The notes beneath the pieces are model-generated. The model did not search any database. It saw only the letters and a list, made by a program, of their open reading frames with translations, and was not told the origin of the DNA. From the NCBI GenBank assembly GCA_016839605.1, contig JAEOTX010000235.1, positions 1 through 15,783 on the forward strand: a stretch of DNA of 15,783 nucleotides, written 5' to 3'. The position numbers and the translations under genes were made by a program. This document shows positions 1 through 8,267 of the stretch, one piece after another (the stretch's first letter is position 1; each line of letters begins with the position of its first letter). This stretch comes from Candidatus Thorarchaeota archaeon (GTDB taxonomy: Archaea > Asgardarchaeota > Thorarchaeia > Thorarchaeales > Thorarchaeaceae).

Positions 1-207
1 AGCCATTGAGCCCCAGATGCATATGGCTAGTATGATCAATATGATCACAAACCACGAACCAAAAGCCACTGGCTCATAAAGCCCATAACCAAAGTCCACG
101 AGCAAGGAGGGTAGAAGGAGAAGGTCGACAAAAATCCACACTGTGAAAATCAGTACACCAGCAACTATGGATGCCAATCTTCTAGGATTGCTAAACAGAG
201 AACTCAT
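1..207 (-). CDS. Hypothetical membrane protein, N-terminal part (runs off the window start)
   Basis: Manual translation from ATG at 207 gives MSSLFSNPRRLASIVAGVLIFTVWIFVDLLLLPSLLVDFGYGLYEPVAFGSWFVIILIILAICIWGSMA, open to base 1, with two hydrophobic segments. Not in the ORF track because it is truncated. Confidence 0.7.
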   Translation of the reverse strand, partial: MSSLFSNPRRLASIVAGVLIFTVWIFVDLLLLPSLLVDFGYGLYEPVAFGSWFVIILIILAICIWGSMA

Positions 208-316
208 TTTGAAACATTGATTCCACAGATGCCCGCTTCTTAAGTCGTATTCTGTATGCATTCGTCCACTGAAAGCGTATAAGGAAGTAGTCACACCAAG
301 CGAGTTTGATTCTACA

Positions 317-1393
317 TTGTCACAAGATACCATAACTCTCATTGATCAGTCTGGAAGCGACAAACACGTCGCTCCTTTTGTCAAACCCAGTCTCGAGGCA
401 TTTGAGAATCCAGAACGAATAGAGATGACATTGCAGTATCTTGAAGAAACAAAATCACTAGAAAGCGTTAAGACGTTCAAGACCACTCCGGCAACAAAAG
501 AAGAGGCCCTGCTTGTGCATAAGCCATATCTCGTTCAGTCTATTGAATTGATGTCTGATCTTGGTGGCGGTGAGTTAGGCGAATCAGCTTGGGCAAGTGA
601 GGATTTGTGGTCTTCAGCTATGCACGCACTAGGAGGTGCCCTTCTTGCAGGAGAATTGGTCGCTTCAAGGGCATGCAGACACTCGTTTGCTCTAGTTCGC
701 CCACCAGGACATCATGCTACAACCTCTTCATCCATGGGCCTCTGTTTCTTCAACAATGTGGCAATTGCAGTAAGAAACATTCAGGCAGAGAACGGGATTC
801 AGAAAGTCTCAATTCTTGATATAGACGACCACTTTGGGAATGGTACTTCGGAGATATTCTATGAAGACCCAAATGTTCAGTTCATTAGCATTCATGAGTA
901 CGACTACACAAGCTATGGAATCGGGCACTACCGAGAGATTGGACATGGTCGTGGATACGGCACCAACATCAACATCCCTCTACATCGGGAGGCACATGAT
1001 TCATCCTATCAGACAGCGATTGACAAGATTGTGACTCCCGCCATAGAGAGGTTCAATCCAGACCTGATTGCGGTTTCAGCTGGATATGACGCCCATTTTG
1101 CAGACCCCATCGGAGAAATGGCTGTGGATTCCGAGACCTATTGGTACATAGCATCCGGGGTTGAGAGACTTGTTCGCTCTTGTGGGATGAAAGGGTCATT
1201 CTGGGTCTTGGAAGGCGGTTACAACCCATTGACTCTTGGACCATGCGTCAAGGCAACGTTGGAGGGGCTACAAGGAAAGCCTTGTCCCGAACTCGAGGAC
1301 CAAAAAGAGGCGCGAGAGATAGAAGAAGAAGTGGTGAGACTTAACCGCAGGACCATCAAGAAGATCCTGGATACGGTCTCCCCATTCATGTGA
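317..1393 (+). CDS. Zn-dependent histone deacetylase / AcuC / acetylpolyamine amidohydrolase family protein
   Basis: Motifs ENPER, RPPGHHA, GLCFFNN, DIDDHFGNGT (DxH Zn ligands), SAGYDAH and LEGGY. TTG start. Confidence 0.95.
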   Translation: MSQDTITLIDQSGSDKHVAPFVKPSLEAFENPERIEMTLQYLEETKSLESVKTFKTTPATKEEALLVHKPYLVQSIELMSDLGGGELGESAWASEDLWSSAMHALGGALLAGELVASRACRHSFALVRPPGHHATTSSSMGLCFFNNVAIAVRNIQAENGIQKVSILDIDDHFGNGTSEIFYEDPNVQFISIHEYDYTSYGIGHYREIGHGRGYGTNINIPLHREAHDSSYQTAIDKIVTPAIERFNPDLIAVSAGYDAHFADPIGEMAVDSETYWYIASGVERLVRSCGMKGSFWVLEGGYNPLTLGPCVKATLEGLQGKPCPELEDQKEAREIEEEVVRLNRRTIKKILDTVSPFM

Positions 1394-1395
1394 CC

Positions 1396-2817
1396 TCAAG
1401 GCTTCTTGTAGAACGTGACTTCTGGATAGGCGGTAGAAGGCCCATCAAGCAGGGATGATGTATCACCCATCAAATGGGTGTCGAAAAACGCAACGACATA
1501 CTCAGTGAGGATCTCAAGCATTCGATAACCGTCTATTGACCCAAGAAGACCGAAGCTCCTGAGAAGGGAGGTCCAGATGTTCATATCGCCGAAGTTATAG
1601 TGACGTGTGCCATCTACGTAGAGACCGTAGCAGGTGCTTTCTGAGTGAGTGAATACTGTGTCATTCAGTTCAGGATTCCCATAGTCCGGACCAAAAAGAA
1701 GCATGAATGGTTTAGTCATGTTTGCAGTCCTTGCCAGGTTTCCGTGGGGGCTATCGAAGCTAATTCCAGCTTGAAGTCTTGAATCAGCCAGACAGACTTG
1801 TTCAGCTGTTGTGCCTCCGAATGAGTGTCCTAGGGCACCAATGCGACTGAAGTCTAGCTTGCCCCAGAAGATGTTTGGAATGTCTGGATTACTTGTAATT
1901 TCAAGCTGGTCAACTAAGAATAGAGTGTCGTTTGCCCAGATGTCGAGACTACTGCCTATGTTGTCAAATGTGTCCTTATCATCCTCATAGATAACATCCC
2001 CATTAGGAAATGCTGTGACGACTGCCTCATATGGATGAGCGATGCTAAAGACTACATACCCATGGCTAGCCAACTCCTCCATGAGCACAGTGTTTTGCAT
2101 TATGACTCCGCCATAGCCATGGGAGAAAATCAAAACAGGAAATGTTGCTTCTGCATCAGATAAGGGCGCATCCTCGTATGAATGCGTGACTGTCAGCGAG
2201 AAGTGACTCACAATAATCGATGGAAGACCCCAAGCCCGTTGAATCCCAGTTGTAAAGGCAGATGGGTTGTATAAATATGGAGCCCTGTTCAGACCAGTCA
2301 CATCATCTGCGGGATACCATGCTTGTATCAGTATCCTTCGAAAATCATCTGGGTCTGCTGTGAAGGTCTCATTTCTGTTTTGATCAGTGAGTTCGAAAGT
2401 TGTTGTTCCAATATTGTATTCGCCAGTCGGATTTGGAAGGACAAATACCGGGAGCAGATTATCAAGAAGCAATGTGGTCGATGACGCAATAATAGTCAGA
2501 ACAATAATTGCGGCTACAACTCTCCTTCTCGGTGGAGCTTTCAAAGGAGCAGATGATTCAATCCTGTAGATGTCTTTCAGTTGGAATATCCCTCGAATAA
2601 GGAACAGCGCTGTGATGAGATAGACAGGGAGCATCTGCCATCGAAGTCCCTCGATTAAGGCATGAATGGGGATTGTAGCTGTTGCCACGATGCTCAACCA
2701 GCCCAGCAGCAGTTTTCGGTCGATTCTCCCAAAGGCTGAAGGTAGGAAAGTCTGAATTGATAAAAGAAACAGCAGGATAATGAGGATGATCTCGAAGAGC
2801 CGCATAGACATCGCCAC
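1396..2817 (-). CDS. Membrane-anchored alpha/beta hydrolase, PAF-acetylhydrolase-like
   Basis: About four N-terminal TM segments, then LPNPTGEYNIGT, IFSHGYGG, ELASHGYVV, nucleophile elbow GHSFGG and a late His (GTRHYNF). Confidence 0.9.
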   Translation of the reverse strand: MAMSMRLFEIILIILLFLLSIQTFLPSAFGRIDRKLLLGWLSIVATATIPIHALIEGLRWQMLPVYLITALFLIRGIFQLKDIYRIESSAPLKAPPRRRVVAAIIVLTIIASSTTLLLDNLLPVFVLPNPTGEYNIGTTTFELTDQNRNETFTADPDDFRRILIQAWYPADDVTGLNRAPYLYNPSAFTTGIQRAWGLPSIIVSHFSLTVTHSYEDAPLSDAEATFPVLIFSHGYGGVIMQNTVLMEELASHGYVVFSIAHPYEAVVTAFPNGDVIYEDDKDTFDNIGSSLDIWANDTLFLVDQLEITSNPDIPNIFWGKLDFSRIGALGHSFGGTTAEQVCLADSRLQAGISFDSPHGNLARTANMTKPFMLLFGPDYGNPELNDTVFTHSESTCYGLYVDGTRHYNFGDMNIWTSLLRSFGLLGSIDGYRMLEILTEYVVAFFDTHLMGDTSSLLDGPSTAYPEVTFYKKP

Positions 2818-2946
2818 ACTGGTATCTTTTGGTTAGAAATTTGACCCTGCTAAAACGTTTCGATTTGTTATGAAGAGGCTCCAATGCTTAATCCGCTAAC
2901 CATAATATAGGCAGAACATGATGTTTCTTAGGTAGTTGATAGAAAA

Positions 2947-4647
2947 ATGTCGCACGATGATGACTCTTCGCATTCATGCCCAGCCCATAATGCACACAAT
3001 CTGAGGAAAAGGGGGCTTTGGACATTAGGAATTCTCGCTGCTGTGAGTGGGTTCTGGATTGCACTAAGGTCAGGGAGCAAGCCCACGAGAATCATATATC
3101 CTTGTCAGCAAGTCGCGCTTTCAAACATCCAGATTTTCAAAGTAGCTATCCTCGCTCTTATCCCTAGTATAGGAAGAGTCCGTGCGTTCTTAGGACGGAT
3201 GAAGCCAGTTGCTATTCTAGCCAGCCTAATTTTAGGAACAGTGTTTCTTAGTAGCAACTATGCGGACCTTGGATTTGACTTCATTCCCGCCCAGGAGGGT
3301 GATAACACTCGAGTTCCTCTAGACCTGCCGACCTTCATATCAGATGATTGTGTATCCGAACTCTACATAGTTCAGAATGCTACAGGAGCGCAGGGAAACA
3401 TGGATTCGGCTGTCAGTGTATTGCTTGACATGATGGAGTCAGAAGAACTTGATTTCTATGAGACCGAATCAACTCCTTCCGGATTAATCGGAAGCGACGA
3501 TGTTATCATTCTGAAGGTGAACGGCCAATGGGGTTACAGAGGAGGAACCAATACAGATTTGGTCAAGAGTGTCATCAGCGCAATCACCAATCATCCAGAT
3601 GGTTTCACTGGAGAGGTGGTAGTCGCTGATAATGGACAGGGGCTAGGTAATCTCGATTTCTACTACTCCAACTCGTTCTATCGCAATCAGTCCTTGGAAG
3701 ATGTAGTGAGCTCATTTGGTAATTTCAATGTTTCAACATGCTTGTGGGACACCCTCCGATCCAGCACTGTAGATGAATATTCCAATGGAAACCTCGATGA
3801 TGGCTATGTCTTGAACAGCACCTGGACTTCTGAAACAGAGATTTTTACCTCTTACCCCAAGTTTAGGTCGGATCATGGGATATACATCAGTTTCAGGAAT
3901 GGGGTATGGGACAGCGAAACAGGTTATGACTCCGACAGACTGAAGGTCATTAACATGCCAGTCATGAAGTCTCACTTCAGATATGGTGTGACCGGGTGTG
4001 TCAAGAACTACATGGGCCTTCCAAAGGGTCACATTGTTGGTTCAGTTGACCTAGGAATTCCACACGAGCACTTTTCCATTGCGCTCGGCGGAATGGCGAC
4101 CCTTATGGCCCAAACAAGGGCTCCGATTCTCAATATCCTAGACATGGTTCGGGTGAATGCCCATCCATTGGAGAGCTCGTCCAGACGAGGTCCATGGAGC
4201 AGGTATACTGATGCCAGTTTCACTGACATCATTGGAGCCAGTCAGGATCCCATAGCTTTGGATTATTGGGCATCCAAGAATGTACTCTGTGCAACAGCTG
4301 AGTATCTGAACTACACCGAATACTCATCCCTGAGTCCCGATTATGAGCCGTTGAGTGCCCAGTACAGCGGGTTCGATCCAATGGATGAGTCGTTCCACAA
4401 TTACCTCGAAAGATCAATGAATGTGCTGATAGATGCAGGATATGCATCTACAATGAACGAAACGAAGATAACTGCCTACGTGACACAGCTAGTTGGAAAC
4501 ACGATACCAGAGCCCACAACTACGCCCACACCCACCGAACCACCTAATGGTGGACCTGACCTCCCAATCAATTCGGTATTGATGCTGCCAATATCAGCCG
4601 CAATCATCGTACTTGTTGCTGCCATGGTCAAACGGAGGAATGCATAG
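2947..4647 (+). CDS. DUF362-family domain protein with N-terminal membrane segments and C-terminal anchor (cell surface)
   Basis: DDVIILKVN, TNTDLVK, VVVADNG, INMPVMKSH..GVTGCVKNYMG, LNILD and ASQDPIALD match DUF362 motifs. A Pro/Thr linker (PEPTTTPTPTEPP), a hydrophobic helix and a KRR tail form the C-terminus. Confidence 0.8.
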   Translation: MSHDDDSSHSCPAHNAHNLRKRGLWTLGILAAVSGFWIALRSGSKPTRIIYPCQQVALSNIQIFKVAILALIPSIGRVRAFLGRMKPVAILASLILGTVFLSSNYADLGFDFIPAQEGDNTRVPLDLPTFISDDCVSELYIVQNATGAQGNMDSAVSVLLDMMESEELDFYETESTPSGLIGSDDVIILKVNGQWGYRGGTNTDLVKSVISAITNHPDGFTGEVVVADNGQGLGNLDFYYSNSFYRNQSLEDVVSSFGNFNVSTCLWDTLRSSTVDEYSNGNLDDGYVLNSTWTSETEIFTSYPKFRSDHGIYISFRNGVWDSETGYDSDRLKVINMPVMKSHFRYGVTGCVKNYMGLPKGHIVGSVDLGIPHEHFSIALGGMATLMAQTRAPILNILDMVRVNAHPLESSSRRGPWSRYTDASFTDIIGASQDPIALDYWASKNVLCATAEYLNYTEYSSLSPDYEPLSAQYSGFDPMDESFHNYLERSMNVLIDAGYASTMNETKITAYVTQLVGNTIPEPTTTPTPTEPPNGGPDLPINSVLMLPISAAIIVLVAAMVKRRNA

Positions 4648-4712
4648 GGGCCCGCCCAATCTCAGGCGAGAAATGCTAACCAAATGAAACTAGCAAGTTC
4701 AATGAAACAAGA

Positions 4713-5486
4713 CTAGAAAAGCCAGCCAAGAACCATAGAGAAGAAATCGAAGAGAAAATGTCCCGCTACTACTGGCCAGATGCTTCTTGTTTTGGTGAAT
4801 ACAACTCCGAGGATGAAACCAAACAATGTCTGAAGACAGAGTGCTAACACTGAGAATAATGGATCTTGACCACCTAGCTGCCAGAAATAGCCAAAGAAGT
4901 CTGTCGGAATATGAAATAATCCAAACATCAAGCCAGATGCAATCCATGCTCTCTCCGGCCCTATTGACCTCTCGAGTTTGGTCTGGTATACAGCTCTAAA
5001 TTCCCACTCCTCGAAAAATGCAGGTGTGAGTAGCCAGTACAAGAATAGCAGGGGCCCAGCTGGATCCGTAGAGGGAGCTAGAAAGAACTTCAGGAGCCCC
5101 CAAACGACTGTGAAGAATATTAGAAAAACTGCGATTCTTGCTCCAGATTTGGCAAACCCAACCAGTCCCAGATCTCTTGGATTCCTTCGATGAACACCAA
5201 ACTCAAGAATCACTGTCAATATCATAATGACGAAGAAGCGCAGATTGAATGACACTCCGGGCATTATTGGTAAGTCAGGTAAGCCCCAAGTCCAGAATAT
5301 GACACTCAGAATAAACGAGGTTGTATATAGCACAAGAACCTCTGATATCTCGCGTCTAGGTTTCTGAACGGGTTCCAGAGGAGGTGGGAATGGTCCTAGT
5401 CGTTTGTATACAATCCATAGGACGATTAGTAGCAGAACATCACCCGCTGCTTGTGTGAGAAGTAAGCCTGGTGAAGCCATTTGCAA
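4713..5486 (-). CDS. CPBP-family intramembrane glutamic endopeptidase (type II CAAX protease/Abi, Rce1-like)
   Basis: EEWEFR (EExxxR), FGLFH (FxxxH) and GHFLFD motifs in a multi-TM protein. Confidence 0.9.
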   Translation of the reverse strand: MQMASPGLLLTQAAGDVLLLIVLWIVYKRLGPFPPPLEPVQKPRREISEVLVLYTTSFILSVIFWTWGLPDLPIMPGVSFNLRFFVIMILTVILEFGVHRRNPRDLGLVGFAKSGARIAVFLIFFTVVWGLLKFFLAPSTDPAGPLLFLYWLLTPAFFEEWEFRAVYQTKLERSIGPERAWIASGLMFGLFHIPTDFFGYFWQLGGQDPLFSVLALCLQTLFGFILGVVFTKTRSIWPVVAGHFLFDFFSMVLGWLF

Positions 5487-5598
5487 TACTATGGAACTGC
5501 TTCTTCATTAAGCCTCTGAATAGCCTAGTTTGGACGAATTGTGGCGTTGAAATGAACAACTATATTGTTTCAACGGTAAGTATTCCTAATGCATCAAG

Positions 5599-6219
5599 GT
5601 GATTGGAATGGCTGATGAGCTATCTTTCAGAGTCCTATTCGTTATCCTCTACGTTATCTTCATCATTCCGAGGGGATACTATCGGTTTGTAAAGCCAAGG
5701 CGAGAGAAGGAGGAAACAGGGGAAACAGATCGTGCTTCTGTTGGAAGAATCCAAGCAGTCCTGACCCTTATCATTCTAGGTGGTCTCATATCATCGGTTC
5801 TCTATATTCTGGGATTACCTTTGATGGATTGGTTTCAGATACCACAATATCCATTCCTGCTCCGTTTTGCTGGAGTGCTCCTTGTGCTCATCACGATACC
5901 ACTAATTGCGTGGATTCATCGTGAACTCGATCGGCAATACTCGGCAGTATTGGAGATTCAAAGCGACCATCAATTAATCACAACTGGACCCTACGAAAGA
6001 GTTCGTCATCCTATGTATACAGTATTGATTCTGTTCTTCTTTGGATTGTCGTTGGTCAGTGCAAACCTGATTGTCATCGTCTTCGCTGTCTTGCTCATGG
6101 TGGCATTCCCGTTCTGGGTTCGAATTGAGGAAGAGAAGATGATTGAGGTGTTTGGCGAGGAGTACATTGAATACGTGAAGCGAACCGGTCGTTTCTTCCC
6201 TTCGATAAGCAGAACCTAA
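5599..6219 (+). CDS. Isoprenylcysteine carboxyl methyltransferase (ICMT/PEMT/Ste14) family membrane protein
   Basis: HQLITTGPYERVRHPMY and RIEEEKM..FGEEYIEY...RFFP are hallmark motifs. The true start may be the ATG at 5608. Confidence 0.9.
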   Translation: MIGMADELSFRVLFVILYVIFIIPRGYYRFVKPRREKEETGETDRASVGRIQAVLTLIILGGLISSVLYILGLPLMDWFQIPQYPFLLRFAGVLLVLITIPLIAWIHRELDRQYSAVLEIQSDHQLITTGPYERVRHPMYTVLILFFFGLSLVSANLIVIVFAVLLMVAFPFWVRIEEEKMIEVFGEEYIEYVKRTGRFFPSISRT

Positions 6220-6280
6220 GACCTTGCTTAAGCCTGGCATCTGAGTAACGAATAAAACAGACACACAATCATATCAGCCT

Positions 6281-7117
6281 ATGAGTATCCTGATAACCAC
6301 CTTGGCCATACTTGCCATCCCAATTGGGGTACTAATAGGACTTGGAGCCGGGGTAATCGGTCTGACTGCATGGCCCATATTGGTCCCGCTCCTACTCGTT
6401 TTCGGTGGATTCCCTCTTCACGAAGTCCTTCTATCTAGTCTGCTTGTTGATCTGACAATTGCGGTTGTTCTTTCAGTCTTCTACATCCAAAAGCAGGAGG
6501 TTGAGGTAGATAGTACATATGGCGTGAAATTAGGTGGTGTTGCAGGGATTATAGCATTAGTCACTGCAATTCTCGTTTTTCCAATCTTAGAACAATACTC
6601 AAGTCTATTCGAGGGCGGGTCATCTATTGTCACTCTGTTTTTTGGAAGTCTATTCATCATTCAGGCTATTAGAATGGAGAATTCCACTGGCGTACGAGAA
6701 GCAAAACCAAACCAAAGACAAACACAGCTCTCTAGCAGACAAAAGGATATCATCGCTTACGGATTCTGCATCTTTCAGGGGTTCCTCACAGGTCTTATTG
6801 CCATAGGTGGAGCGATGAATATCGTTCTTGTTCTTATGTTCATTCTAGGATATCCTACGCTTAGGGCAGTGGGGACTGCAATGGTGGCAACGACTGTCAT
6901 GCTATCCATGACGGTGATAGGATTCCTCATTCTTCTCCAGTTCAGTGTGTCTATCCTGCCAATTGTTGTCTTGTACGTCTTGATTGGAACAACAAGCAGC
7001 TATCTAGCTGTATCGAGAGTTCAGAACATCTCGGAACGCAAACTGCGGTTCACGATTGGAATTGTTATTCTGACTGCTGCTATCTTCGCTACAGCACAGG
7101 TCTATTTCATAGGGTGA
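6281..7117 (+). CDS. Sulfite exporter TauE/SafE family membrane protein
   Basis: Two repeated halves with glycine-rich motifs (GLGAGVIGLTA..ILVP; GFLTGLIAIGGA..IV..L....G....RAVGT) and about eight TM segments. Confidence 0.8.
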   Translation: MSILITTLAILAIPIGVLIGLGAGVIGLTAWPILVPLLLVFGGFPLHEVLLSSLLVDLTIAVVLSVFYIQKQEVEVDSTYGVKLGGVAGIIALVTAILVFPILEQYSSLFEGGSSIVTLFFGSLFIIQAIRMENSTGVREAKPNQRQTQLSSRQKDIIAYGFCIFQGFLTGLIAIGGAMNIVLVLMFILGYPTLRAVGTAMVATTVMLSMTVIGFLILLQFSVSILPIVVLYVLIGTTSSYLAVSRVQNISERKLRFTIGIVILTAAIFATAQVYFIG

Positions 7118-7270
7118 CTTCTGGGATCCGGGAAATTCTATGGAAGCCACACATATGATTCCGGGCAAGTGCTGACACTGACAATCCTATGACAAATTAG
7201 TTAACACTAGTTATCATCAATAGATTATCCTTTGGCTATATGACTTCAGAGTTATGTCGAAGAAATCACT

Positions 7271-7750
7271 CTATTCCTGATGGTGTTTTGATTTGTAGAG
7301 AGTTAGTAACGCACAGAAAAGCAACAGAAAGGGAATTGGAATCATAATTGGGATGAAGTTCTCTCCTTCTGAATTAAGAAACAAAGCTCCCGGTATAGAG
7401 ATGAGTATTGGAATTAGTTCAGATACCAATCCATGTGTCATGAGCCTTTTTGATTTAATCTTCCCTAATGAGAACTTCCAGATCGCATTCAACACAACTA
7501 GACGATAGAGATAGTAAATGAAGTATTCAAGAGCAGTAAAGGGCATGATGCCAGGATACTCCGGAAGGATTTGAAACTCGGGGAGCTCCCAAGTGATAGC
7601 CATGAACCCACCTGGTCCAGGTCCGAGATCTACATGATAACCATAGGGGAAAATGAAGACAACAATAATAGCTAAGACGATTATGATGCTCATGATTCCA
7701 GATGTGAATGAGGAATTGGTTCCCATTTTCATCGTGGTGCAAGCTGTCAT
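7271..7750 (-). CDS. Hypothetical membrane protein (about 4 TM)
   Basis: 159-aa ORF with hydrophobic segments. The start codon is ambiguous (several Met codons). Confidence 0.7.
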   Translation of the reverse strand: MTACTTMKMGTNSSFTSGIMSIIIVLAIIVVFIFPYGYHVDLGPGPGGFMAITWELPEFQILPEYPGIMPFTALEYFIYYLYRLVVLNAIWKFSLGKIKSKRLMTHGLVSELIPILISIPGALFLNSEGENFIPIMIPIPFLLLFCALLTLYKSKHHQE

Positions 7751-7808
7751 TTTGGTATTATAGCATTTTGAACAGAGTAATGTGAAAGCTTGAACAAAAG
7801 AGAGAAAC

Positions 7809-7830
7809 GAGAGCCCTCACGGGGGCTCTC
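7809..7830 (-). terminator. Hairpin just downstream of the acs stop codon
   Basis: Perfect 8-bp stem GAGAGCCC/GGGCTCTC with a 6-nt loop, 10 bp after the acs TAA. On the minus strand it is followed by a pyrimidine/T-rich tract. Confidence 0.6.
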
Positions 7831-7840
7831 TTCAGAATCA

Positions 7841-8113
7841 TTATAGTCGTTCCTTGATCAGGGTCTCAACGACTGTCGGGTCTGCCAGCGTTGTGGTGTC
7901 ACCGATGTCGTCAATCCTGCCTGCTGCAATCCTCTTGAGAATCCTGCGCATGATTTTGCCGGAGCGGGTCTTTGGCAGTGCATCAGCGAACTGAATCTTC
8001 TCAGGAGTTGCAATTGGACCAATGTCTGATCGTACGTGGTTCCTGAGCTCGAGCTTCAGGTCGTCGGTCTTGTCGATTCCCACCTTTAGGGTCGCGAAGA
8101 CATAGATTGATTC
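7841..8113 (-). pseudogene. acs: 3'-terminal fragment (~90 codons) of acetyl-CoA synthetase
   Basis: Reads [79 protein letters not shown]..., the Acs C-terminal domain. An in-frame TAG at 8123-8125 lies just upstream and the N-terminal ~550 codons are absent. Confidence 0.92.
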
Positions 8114-8267
8114 GGAAAAAGGCTAGAGCGTGCTCAGAGCAGAGTAAAATTGTGGTTATGAGGGGGAAGTTTCGAATTGAGAAAAATAGTGATGGTTTTT
8201 GCATGCAACAAATCCCTGCTCATCATCGCACACTCCTATATTCTGATATCTTGGGATTCTTAATAAA

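Noticed and set aside
7841-8083. Standalone 80-aa protein from the ORF track
   Set aside because: The GTG is an internal Val. acs homology extends ten codons further upstream, so this is a gene fragment.
8138-8165. dif/Xer-like site near the acs junction (..TAAAA ttgtgg TTATG..)
   Set aside because: Only the inner few bases resemble dif arms. The outer arms do not match and it is offset from the breakpoint.
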